A stretch of DNA of 61,000 bases from Takakia lepidozioides (Eukaryota > Plantae > Bryophyta): NCBI GenBank assembly GCA_030704615.1, contig JAKLZA010000183.1:1-61000 (forward strand). The letters are read 5' to 3'. Numbering within the stretch: position 1 is the first letter of the stretch; each line of letters begins with the position of its first letter. The notes below the pieces were generated by a model. It saw only the letters and a list, made by a program, of their open reading frames with translations. It was not told the DNA's origin and ran no database searches. Below, piece by piece: positions 45,661 to 57,297 of the stretch. The translations under genes and the position numbers were made by a program.

Positions 45661-46237
45661 ACCGTGCAACGGGAAATCCAGTATACCACTGCAAAAGGAC
45701 GTCGCATACTGGCCTGTATAGAGTATTCCGCGGTTTTACATGCCTTAACATTGGAATGAAGCTGACTTTTGCCGCGATTGAACCAATGGAGTCTGCACCA
45801 ATACAGTCTGCAGTACTTCACAATTCTGTCTTCTTCGGGTATTCGGCGGGAAAGGTTTGCAACTGAACTGGGAAATAGGGTGCCGCATTAGGGTTCGCAC
45901 GTGCGAAATTTCGGAGCGGTTTGGTGTTGGCGAAGGCCGCCTCTGGGGTACCTACGACGATACTTGGAAATGCGGCGCCGCATTTCCTTGTCGGAGGTCG
46001 AATGAGGAAAGCAAGTTTTCGGAAAGCAGAAAAACATGAACCCTCCAACATACAAAAATACATGCACGTGGAAACAAGTGAACGATATAGTAATATCTTA
46101 GTTCGAGCAAAACAGGTTACTGGTAGGCAAGACATATGTCGGACCTTTCTGTGGCCAGAGTCTGAGGTACTGGCAGCAGTACAGTTCTACTATCCGAAAA
46201 GGATGGGCGTACCATTGTATGGGACCGCAAGCCAAGC

Positions 46238-49200
46238 TCACTGGTCCCCTGGATCCATATTCAGAAGAGTGTGAACCTCCTGGGGGCTCAACCCTGGTGC
46301 ATGTATGAAGTGATGAGTTGTGGAATTACAACGGAGTCTCTTTAGGTACACGTAGTACAAATGCTTGCAAGGGCAGTATGATGCCCCCTTGTTCGCCATG
46401 ATCTGGAAGTCGGTGCAATTGCAGGTGGGTAATTCTGAAATGGTGATGGTGTACACCTCATTGCGAACAGCTGAGCCCGCCGTGGCCATCTGATACACAC
46501 GCCCGAATCCTGGTGGGGGCACTTCTGTCGAGCTCTGGATTGTACAGTTCATCCGAAGTGCATTCCCCATCCTTGTCTCGTTCACTTTTGAGGGAGGTCG
46601 CCGCCTCTTCGGTTTCCCCCAACGGTGTGTAGGATGCTTAGAGCTGTCGTGTCCCATTGTTCTTGCTCTCACAGGGGTCGGTGGTGGAGGCTGTGGAAGC
46701 GGAAATGGTTGTCTGGGGACGTCAGTGCGCTGCACCATCCGAAATCCTGCGGCGGTAAGGGCGTCGGCCTCAACCTGACTCAGATCGCAGCCTGGTTCCA
46801 CCGGCCACACCGGGGGAGCCTCTGGCATTGTTTGTATGCCGTACTTGGGCTTTCCATACACGCAAGTCATAATGTCGTGCCTGCAGAACCAGAACTGGGT
46901 GGTTGTCGCCTCCGCAAACTTTGCATGGACAAATCTTCCTGTAAAAGTAGGAGCAGGGACAGCCCCATCTGGATTCCTCCTTATCATCTCTAAACAACGT
47001 TGCCGTGTATCCACACGAATTGCGGAACACCTTCCTCGAAACGACGGCTTTGTGCGAGCAATTCTCCACTGTGATGCAGACACAGTCGTCTCCACAATGG
47101 CTTGGCCATACTGCATAACAGGGCGGAATCTGGGGCAAGGGAGTGGGAATTTTTTGCACGAAATCCCCGGTTGAAGGCGACGGCGATCTGGAATTTCTTG
47201 GGCTTCCACTGCTGGAAGACACATTGTGCGGCAACATGACGGGACCTCGAGGTGCTGTCCGAATGTTCCTGTCGGATCTCCAGGAATCCTCTTCGCACCC
47301 GGGTTCCTCTTCAATCCTCCGCCTGACAGGGCGAGTCCGGACGTCCCCCTCTAGGTGTTCACCTCTGCGGTGCAGAGGCGTCCCTTGATCTTCTCTCGCA
47401 ATGCTGTCGCCCATTTCACTGGATTCTTGGACCTCGAAGCTGTTCGTACCAACAATTCCTCCCTGTCCGGCCCAAAGCCCCATTGTTTGCCGCTCAGGAA
47501 CTTGTAGTACGTGGCTTGCTGCATGATTGCTCTGTCGATGTCCTCCGTTGTGGCCGTCACTACGTCCACCAGATGTGCGGCAGAAGACGCTCGCCAGGAG
47601 GAGTGGACCGATTCTGCCATATTCGTGTTCGGCATGTCCGTGTCGGAATCCAAGCACCGCTCCTAGAAGGACACAAACAATGGTGAGGGACCAATCGAAA
47701 TGTCCGTAACAGAAAGACAAATGAACGAAAATGACAGCAGCCTACCTCCCGCATGTACTGTCCGAACTGTCGATACCGAAAATGCCACCACCCCAACCAG
47801 CTGTGCAATGCTCCCAGATTGGTTGTCTCCACTGCACCTGACGTGTTCCACCAAGCCTCGATGATAGCAAACTTAACCTCCGCGTCATCAAATGTGGGTG
47901 CATCCTTCCACGCCGTACAAAGGACACGGTGTTCAGCCTGGAATGAGCTAGCAACAAATTTGGTAGTGTAGTGGGATAGACTCTGCATCCAATGGAATCC
48001 ACAGGATCTCTCTTTCCCCTCCATTGGAACATTGGGGTCCTCACCGTACACACGCCGCACCGCTGCCCAGTTGGCCTGAGCGTTGTCTGCCATGAATCCC
48101 CTGAAATTGGGCTCTGGCAATCCCGCCCTTGCCATCTGCTCGTTTATGCCCTCCCACAGATGCATCTCGGACTGTGTGTCCTCCCCTTTCATCTCGCAGA
48201 TTGCAATCGTCATGAGCCTCTTGGAGTGATAGTCATAAACATGCGCACCCATAGTCACCCACTGATGGTTTGTAATTCGCTTGATGTGATCAAACATCAC
48301 CCAAGCATTCGACAAGTTTCCAGTTGTCATGCGAGTGACCAAGTCGACTCCACTCCCAGGCCCACACGTCGACATTTTGAAAATGTAACAACGATCGGAT
48401 TCGCTGCCTTGCCCTGGAAACCTGCTACCTTGGATGTAGTCATATCCAGTCATTCGTTTCACCTCCAGGATTGAGTACATGTCCGACCCCCTGCCGAACT
48501 CCTGCTTGCAAGATACGATGTGATTCCGCACATTCGGACTACAAACGTGCGAGACGGACTCCAAGAGGTCACGCATCTCGTCTTCGGTCAAGGGCTCTCG
48601 GTCGGAACCATCTTCAGACATGATTTTGCCAAGAGCAATCTTGTGGGCTGCCTTCAGCTGAATCTGCTTTGGTCTGGCTCCGGGGCTCAATTTCACCTCC
48701 TCTTTTATGATGTCGTGTGCTTCCTGCACAGCCTCACGCATGTTGCCTCTCGCCAAGGGGTGGCAGTGGACCCCAACGTGTATGCAAGCTCTAGTCAAGT
48801 CCGGGAGCAAATGGATTACGTAATATTGCTTGGCTCTGCACATGGACATGCACGTCGGTGGTTCTTTGCAATGTGCACACTTGAAAGAACCCGCAGGAGC
48901 TTGGCTGGAGACAATGAATGGATGATGCGTTGTGCCAGTCCAATCCGTCTCGTTTCTCCGCCCTCCTTTGGAGAGAAAGTGGAAGCAGGTGGGATTGAGG
49001 CACCTCAGCTTCCCCGCACAGAGGACATATCGTACACGAACACCATCAGCAATTTTCGTGCTACTGGTCTTCGTCACACACCAGGGGTGTCCGTCATGCT
49101 TTCGATCCATGTCTGTTAACATCCCGGAGGCTTTGTTTGACGAAGAAACAGGTGGAAACTCGAAGATGACATTGCCATCGACTTCGGGAGGCAGAAACGT

Positions 49201-49860
49201 TACCTTTCTGACTGGGAATTTGGCATAGTCGAGAGCAGCCAGCTCGGAGCGAGAACCATCGAGGTGATGTTGTCGTAGGAGCTGCACAATGGACCGGGTT
49301 GGAGTTATGCTCGAGGGCACATGCGTAGCACCTACAGAGACGTCCATGCCGGATTTGAACGACCGTGTGGAGGACATGGGTACCTCAATGCAATCATCTT
49401 CCTCGTCGGAAATGTCGAATACGTCCACACGAGAAGCTATGGAGGGTCTTGACGGTCCAGGTCGGGAATGATTATCGTTGCATACCTCTCTGTTGGCAGT
49501 GGCCGCCTCTCGGTTTCCGGACTCCTTTGTGGATGGTGTGGGCAGCGACTGATTCGGAAAGGGAATGGGCATTCCCACAGCTCGGTACAGGATGGTGTCT
49601 GATGGGGGAACGTGCCATTCGATTCCGCAACCTCCGTCGTTACCTAGCACGACAATGGTCTCGTCAACCTGTCCAGGAACATCCTTCCTTTCTTCTTCCA
49701 AATAAACTGTGCCCGGTTTGAGCTTGAATTTGGAACAAAGGTAAGTTTCAGTCACTCTGCAAAGTCCTCCCTCGTTTGGATCCAGGCTCTCCCAAGTTGC
49801 GGAGGACAGCAAACTATAGCGTAGGAATTCGGAGCCATCGAACACCGCACGAGTTGGCAA
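46238..49860 (-). CDS. Mutator/MULE-type DDE transposase with N-terminal GCM-like zinc domain and C-terminal SWIM finger (one intron, ~2 frameshifts)
   Basis: GCM-like pattern CAGKLRCLNPTC..CAHC..C..GVHCHP (~48755-49100). MULE core MFDH / FMADNA / CGFHW. GT-AG intron 47663-47745 joins GQYMRE to ERCLDSDTDMPNTNMAESVH in frame, supplying the catalytic E. SWIM motif CNCTDF..CPCKH (~46360-46425). Frameshifts near 47390 and 47130. The 5' end may extend via a frameshift to the ATG at 50172. Confidence 0.88.
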
Positions 49861-50261
49861 GTGCGAGGTTCAGTATAGCGACAGACCAAGGCTCACAGGC
49901 ACCATCTAAGTGGATCTGCGGAGTCCATCGACGATTGGAAGTCGCACATTGAAGTGGAAAGTATTGTTTCAAGCTACATGCATGAAGGTGGGAGGTTTGA
50001 TTCCATAGCCAGTAAGTATGACAATGATGGCCGATTCGGCGACGAAATAACATCTCCTGACAGTTTCTCCTGAGGGTGGATCCAGCAGTATTCTCGGTGC
50101 AGACAGGAACGTTCGCACTGACAAGTGCCAGGACTGTTGGTTAAAACGGTCAGACAACCAAGTTGTGCTCATCAAGACTGGCCGCAATGTTGTGTTTCGG
50201 AACAATGCAACCCATTCAGGTTCCAGATTTCCCGTCCGAGTGATTCTTTCGATTGCTGGTG

Positions 50262-51692
50262 GACGGAAATACGCGCCGCATTTCCGTATTGCTTCTTGGT
50301 CATGCACCAGAGCGACGGAAATGCGGCACCGAGTTTCGTCCGGGGGAAACCTTATACTCTCCAGAACGGAAATGCGGTAACGATTTCCATCCAGCAAGCT
50401 GGAAATGCGGTATGTAAGGTGAACGGAAATGCGGTACCGCATTTCCGTCCGAGTCGCGAAGGAAATGCTTATCTGAGGATATATTTCCATCAAAAGCACG
50501 GTATGTGAAGGTGGAACGGAAATGCGGTACCGCATTTCCGTTCTGATTGAGAATTATGAACAACGGAACAGAAATGCGGCACCGCATTTCCGTCCGAGTC
50601 GCACTTTCCGACATTCCAGAACGGAAATGCGGCGCCGCATTTCCATTTTGTATCTGATGCATGGAGCCGAGTGCAATTCCGATTCACGCAATTCCGACCG
50701 GTTGAGACATTCATACTATCCAGAACGGAAATGCGGTGCCGCATTTCCGTTCTGACTGAAAATCGTGAACCATCGGAACTGAAATGCGGCAGCGCATTTC
50801 CATCCGAGTCGCACCTCCCAACATTCCAGAACGCAAATGCGGCACCGCATTTCCGTTCTGATGAAAATCGTGAAACATCGGAACTGAAATGCGGTACCGC
50901 ATTTCCGTCGGAGTCGCACCTTCCGACATTCCAAAACGGAAATGCGGCGCCGCATTACCGTTTTGTATGTGAGGCATGGAGCTGTGGAACGAAAATGCGG
51001 CACCGCATTTCCGCCAGGGTCAGACCTTATACTCTATAGAACGGAAATGCGGTACCGCATTTCCTTCTGACTGAAAATCGTGAACAACGGGAACAGAAAT
51101 TCGGCACCGCATTTCCGTCCGAGTCGCACCTTCCGACATTCTCGAACGGAAATGCGGCGCCGCATTTCCGTTTTGTATACGAGGCCTGGAGCTGTGGGAC
51201 GGAAATGTGGTGCCGCATTTCCATCCATGTGAGACCTTCAAACTTTCCAGACAGGAAATGCGGCACCGCATTTCTGTTCAGGTGAGACCTCTATACTTTC
51301 CCGAACGGAAATGTGGAACGGCATTTCCGTTCATCAACTATGGTATGTGAAGGGGGAACGGAAATGCGGTATATTTCGTTCAGATTGAAAATCATGAACC
51401 ACGGGAACTGAAATGTTGTGCCGCATTTCCGTCCGAATCGCACCTTTCGACATTCCTGAACGGAAATGCGGCGCCGCATTTCCCTTTTGTATCTCATACA
51501 TGGAGCTGTGGGACGGAAATGCGGCACCGTATTTCCGTTCAACAACTAAGGTATGTGAAGGTGGAACGGAAATGCGGTGCCGCATTTTCTTCCAACAAGT
51601 ACGGATGTGTAGCTTCGTGATGGTACTTAACGGAAATGCGGCGCCGCATTCGCATTTTCACTCCAACTCATCAGACGCTGGGACGGAAATGC
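50262..51692. repeat. Array of ~28 palindromes CGGAAATGCGGYRCCGCATTTCCG, 52-53-bp period, with higher-order spacer repeats
   Basis: Palindrome centres at 50528, 50580, 50633, 50737, 50790, 50843, 50895, 50948, 51001, 51053, 51105, 51158, 51211, 51264, 51317, 51370, 51419, 51472, 51525 and 51578. Four or five spacer types recur. Confidence 0.95.
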
Positions 51693-52087
51693 CTTGAAAT
51701 GTGAACACGTGGAGCAACGGAATTGCGCACATGTCTGCACTCTATCTGACTGAAGTGGCATGAGGCGGCGCGGCCTGACCGTTGGATAATGATGTTTGTT
51801 TTCGGACGGCAGGCGTACCCTGAACGATTCGAATTTCGTAATGACGCAAAGTCCACGAGGAGACACTTTCGTCCAACCCTTTCGAACCCAAGTGGTGCAT
51901 CACCGCCGTTTCATCTACTTTTGTCGTGTCTCCTCAGTCACCCCCTCTCGCGCCCTTTCCATCTGCACTCTTTGCCCCTTTTCCCTGTCTCTGTTCTTCT
52001 TATGCTCGAACCTGAGAGGGGGGATTTCGTGCACCAGACAGGAGACCTCGTCGCAAGCTCCGAAAATTATACTTCGGACGTAGGCCA

Positions 52088-55000
52088 ATGCCGAAGGGGA
52101 GGAAGCAGATGCGTCTACAGGAGGAGATTGCCATCTCCGAGCAGCAGGCCACTCAGGCAACCCAGCCACCAGTGAGAGCTCCATGCGATCGGGCTGCGCG
52201 CAGCTGATCGAGCACCGAACCCCCATTTTGCTTCTGTAATTCTTAGACTGAATGCTAGGAGACTTGAATGCAGAACATGTTTGCATGCCTAACAGGAAAG
52301 GTGGACGTGCTGGAGGGATCGCAGGAATCCGAAGAGCCGCAGGAAGAGTCCGAGGAGCTAGCTGCAGCACGTACACCCACCGATCCCGAGCGCGGGTATT
52401 CCTGCGGGCCTAGCCCTGTGCGTTTCAAAGACGCGGCTTCGAAGGGCAAGTTCAAAGCCCCAGAGATCGACTCGCGTTCTTCGGTCATGGAGAATCGCCA
52501 GCAGGGGTCGGGCCCTTCTCCAGCAAAGTCGAAGAAGAAGCAGCCTCCTCTACTGGTTTCTGAACCGGCTCAGGCCGTTTCACCCCCACCAACGCGAATG
52601 AAGCAGCCTGGTAAAAGACAGATTCAATTGCAGCAGACACCTTCACCTGCAAGGATGAGGAAGCAGAAGGCAATCAGGGCGACGGCCGAACAATCTCCCG
52701 CAAAACCGCTTCCACGAGCTGAAGCTCAGTTCCTGGAGGATTTCCCGCCTGCAGATGTTGGGGCCGACTCTGCTGCAGCGAAGGCAATGGGATCGACCGT
52801 TTGTCGATTTGGTACCGGAGGAGGGTGCTGCCGCTCAACGTTCGCAGCAAGACCTCACCACCGATGAGCAAGCAGGCCCGGAGGAGGCCTCTGCAATGGC
52901 AGAATTGCCCGCAGACAGGCCCCAGAGTGCAGCTCCAGTTGAGGATGCTCCAGCTGCTCAGCCACTACCGGCACCTACAGACATGTCTCCGGAGGATTTC
53001 AAAAGTGCAGCGGATAAATGTTGGAGGAGACACACAGTAGCATTGGCAGAGTTCTGGGCAGCAGGGTATTCCAGCGGACTCTTCGAATCCCACTCTGTCG
53101 CATGGTCTCCCTTCCCATCGTCAGGCAGGCCCTTCCCGGAGATGTGGATAAGCTCAAGTTCGCATTTCGAGAAGGGTACCGTCTGGGATCGCAGCGTTTT
53201 ACGTTTCCATTGAGAATGAGGACGGCGAAACTCGTGGACCCACTGCCGATGAATTGTCAACGTGGGATACCCACTGGCACACTCGCAACAACGAATTCGA
53301 GGCGACGCTGAAGGGTGATCCAGACTTCGGCCATATGTCGGGTAAAATGTTCTTTGTGTGGGACGGGAATCACCGACTTCTCGCCTGGTGGGAGTACATC
53401 AAGCAGAACCATGCCAAGCACATTGGCTGGCATTACATGGTGGAGTGTGTCATCCTCAAGGTGAAGGCGGCAGACTCTCCCCTGCTCAAGAATGCCATGG
53501 CGGACCTCAACTCGTAAGATACTCATACCCTCCCAAGCACGTTCGAAATGCGGTGCCGCATTTCGGTTTCCATTGTTTTGTTTCCGTGCTTCGTGGACTG
53601 AACTGGAGAGTGTGCCTTGCAGGGTCACTGAAAATGCGTACGTGCATACCCACATGGCACATATGCTGTACAGGGTGAGGAAAACTGGTCTCACTGATCC
53701 GCACATGTTTGCGGAAATGCTGGAGCCCGAGCTCATTCAGAAAGCCGTGGCAAAAACTGACCGGACATGGTATCGTCTCACTATGGATGGAATGGTGGAG
53801 GTGATATACGAAGTAAGTCGTCCTCCATTTCCCTCTGCTCATCCCCCCAATTTCCAGTAATCTTTCCACATGAATCGAATGTAACGCTTCTGCATGTTTT
53901 TGTTGGCAGTCAAACATCAAGCTGGATTTGGCCCATGCCAAACGCTTCTTCATGGAAAGTGAGGGGCAGGTGAAAACGTTGCAGTCATTGACTGAGCACT
54001 TGAAGGAAGCCGGTGTCAAGTCCAGAACCAAATACAAGTCAAAGCTTGTGAAGCTGGTGGCAATTGCAGATCCGGCACTTGGAAAGGACTTCATCCCCGA
54101 GATTGCAAAACACTATTCTCGGGCCATGCAGCCGACCATGCAATTGGAGAAACTGCATCACCTCTCAACGGCATGTGTGGAGGCGAAAGAGAAGGTGAGG
54201 TTTCAATGCACTGAAGTTCCTTCCTAGCAATAGCCACTCTCTTCCAGCTCCTGACATTGGATCGGAAATGGCAGACACGGTGGCTGTCGATCTGGAATGC
54301 ATCCGAGAGCATAAGGACAATGTGGTCTTTTCCACTGGAAGTTTCCGACCCTGCAGTGGATGTGTGGCTCAACCGCATGACTTCCAGGTAATTCAAGGTA
54401 CTTCCCCAGATTTGCTTTTCTGAAATGAATTCCCTGAACTGCTACGTGACAATGCATGTGGGAATCGCAGGTAATGTCGAATGCGAAGGAGCAAGTCGTA
54501 ATGCACACAAATTCGTTCGGCTTGTACGTCAAATGGGATGGAACACAGACATTGGAAGACTACGTGACACGTTTCAGATGTGCGTACAAGGACAACCTTT
54601 TCGCCAGAGAGCTACAGACAGCAAGAAGGAGCGTGGAGTTTACACATCAGGAGGGAGCGGGGAAAGCTGCAATGCGAATTGTTTACAGGTGAAGCACAGC
54701 TGCCCTTGTATGCGAAGCCTGGTTACGAGGTTTGTCTCGGAAATGCGGCACCGCATTCGCATTTTATGTTTTCGGTGGCACTCTGCGAGTAGGTTGGTCC
54801 AACTTTGCTCACGCATGCTGACTGCCTGCAGGTATATGAAATACGTGCTCCTTCAGACAGGGGCCCTGGCTCAAGAGCCCCCGTTCTTCATGGCTTGGAC
54901 CGTGGCGGGCCCAAGCTGTGTCTACACACCCGAGATGCAGAAACAATGGCATCCCGCGCATCTCGTTGGATGCCCCTGGTACCTGGACATGTCTGGCGGT

Positions 55001-57162
55001 ATTGTTGACGAGTCTGAGAAAGATCTGCACGCCTTGGCAGAAGAGAAGAGAAAGGAAAGACGTGTCCCTGCTGGGCCAAAGTCGGCAAAGGAATCTGCTG
55101 CTCTGGAAGAATCCAGAAAGGCAGCTGAGATGGCACAAAAGACGGTGGATGCAGCTGTGCAGGCCCAACAGAAGGGTCGAAGAAGAGGACTCGCCAGCAA
55201 GGAGCAGCTGTTGTGACACCCGCCAAAACGAAGAAGCAGAAACAGCCTGTTCAGGAAGAGGGTGAGGAAGAGGACTCCGATGGAGACTTTGCAACCAGCC
55301 CACCCCCAAACGCAGGCTGCCTCCCCTGTGCCCACCGTTGTCACGAGAGGCACGAGAACTGGCTCGGCAAAGAAGGCACTCTTCAACCCCCCAGGGGGGC
55401 ACCCTTTCGAGCCGGTGGAAAATGAAGAGGCCGAAAGTGGCTCCCGAAACAGTAGTCCAGTGTGTAAATGAGAGTTTCTTGGCGGCTTTGGATGGACGGG
55501 CAGCCAAGTTGGCATACATGAAGACCATGGAGGGTCTGAAGGGCAGAGCACTGAAGAAGGCGACTGCCGAAGAGCCTTCCGACACCCCAGGATTTCAGAA
55601 TATGGTCTCGTTCTTTGAGAGGGTGTGTGCAGACAAGGATTGTAGGAGGGGCGGAAATGCCACCGAGTGGTCTTGCGATATGATCATCTTGGATATTCCG
55701 GACGGAGAGCCTGTGGAAGGACTGCAAGCTTTGCCATCTTGGAACAGGTACTCGGAGGACTTTTGGAAGAAAGGATTCGGGCTTGCCCGCATGGTGTGGA
55801 CGACAGAGGCTGTGTGGTTGTCCTGGCGAGCAGAGGAAAAACACTCAGACAGGAATTGCGAAGTGGACCCGCAAGAGCGCCGTCCCGATTCTGAAAAGAA
55901 GTGGACGTGCATCAACACACTGGGCCTTTCGGTCGGAAGGGAAGAAGGTGATTACGACACTGGCACTCGTCCATTCATTTGCTTGGGTGTTTTCAAATGC
56001 GGTGCCGCATTCGTTTCTAATCGTTCCCCCCTGTGTATGCAGACGAAGCAGTTCGATGCATACTGCTTTGTGAAGGAGATAACTCCACCTTTGCTTTCCG
56101 GAAGGAGGGAGGAAAGGTTGACCCGAACTGCGACCCCCTCGATTACGACGTTCTGTTCAACAACGTTCCCAAGGAACTTCTCCTCATAGCCTCACTTCAA
56201 CGGAACCCCTGCGGTACTCACGGACTCGGAGCCCTGCCTTCATTCAGACAATTATGGAGACATGCACAGACGTGAGGGCACAGTGCTCGACCTCATCTGT
56301 GGGACAGGTATGCAGAATCTTGATCTATGCTGTTCTGCAAATTCTCGTTAGGATGTAGTTCGCAACATCTGAAGCGCCATGTGTAATGTTGGATGGCATT
56401 GTAACAGGTGCCTCAATGTGGGCTGGGCGGTTTTCCGACCGGCACCTCTTTGCCTACGAGGAGGATTCATCCGTGTGGGATCCCATCTGGAAGGGCTGCA
56501 ACGGAATGTTAAGGCTCCCGACAGAGCGGAAGTCTCCTCGGATTCGTCGGAGTCCGAGGAAGACACAGTGGACATGATGCGGAGGAGAACCCGGAATACG
56601 AGTGAGTGCAAACATTGTAAGTTGCAAAGCCTTCTGGGTCATTTTGTCAAACGAATTTCCGACTGTGGTTCTCATTAGTCTCGTTGATGATTGTCATGTG
56701 CAGGATTGCAGGTCCGGGTCGAAACATGTAGGGCCTACACTTCCTGCCAGGAAGAATGTCCCGTTCTTTGCGAGGGCCGACTTCATGACGAGCCCGGTGA
56801 GGACTACTCCCTTCCTAGTTATGCAGCTAAACTCGCAAATACAGCGAAGAAGTGAGAATCCCAGTAAAGTAGAGCAGATTTTGGAGAGGCTAGGGAGGAC
56901 AGAAGGATAAGGAAAGAGTTGGCAGCAGCTCAGACAGGTAGACGGGTACGAAAGTACATATGTGATTCAGCGGATGAGAGCGACGCAGACAGGGAGGAAG
57001 ACGACCAACGGAGGTGAGATGGACAGTTCCGCAAGGGGAAGATGGGATTTTCGAAAGCCTGGCCAACGAGCAGTCCGCTGGAGATGAGAAGGCACTGAGG
57101 GGGTGGAGGCGGAGCAGGACAGTCTAGAACAGGATGAGGATTCGGATGATTTTCAAGATTAA
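52088..57162 (+). CDS. Large spliced cargo gene: low-complexity N-terminus, ParB/Sulfiredoxin-like domain, helical region, beta-class N6/N4 DNA methyltransferase-like domain, acidic tail (several frameshifts)
   Basis: IPLCRMVSLPIVRQALPGDVDKLK..FYVS..KMFFVWDGNHRLLAW (ParB-like, ~53080-53460). Phase-compatible GT-AG introns 53514-53622, 53813-53909, ~54689-54831 and 56308-56407; likely introns 54195-54247 and 54389-54470. CDMIILDIPDG (motif IV-like, ~55675-55706). Spliced GTVLDLICGTG|ASMWAGRFSDRHLFAYEED (motif I-II). Start and stop positions are approximate. Confidence 0.75.
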
Positions 57163-57297
57163 TAGAATTTTAATGAAGTCTCTGTAAATGTAAATTCTCT
57201 TCCAGAGTATATAAGGAAATTCTGCCCGACATTCGTGACCCCTCTCCAGTGTGCATTCCCAGCCACACAATCGCCCAAACCACGACGCTCCCAAAAT

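Noticed and set aside
50262-51692. CRISPR array (24-bp palindromic repeats with ~29-bp spacers)
   Set aside because: Spacers are not unique but recur in a higher-order pattern. The repeats also occur singly in introns, there are no cas genes, and the context is eukaryotic.
49969-51697. ORFs rich in NAAPHFR / KCGAAF / EMRRRIS (also at 57.1-58.1 kb)
   Set aside because: These are translations of the palindromic DNA repeat in all six frames.
53257-55918. Long antisense ORFs opposite the ParB-MTase and transposase genes
   Set aside because: Shadow frames of GC-rich coding sequence. The motifs and splice sites are on the other strand.
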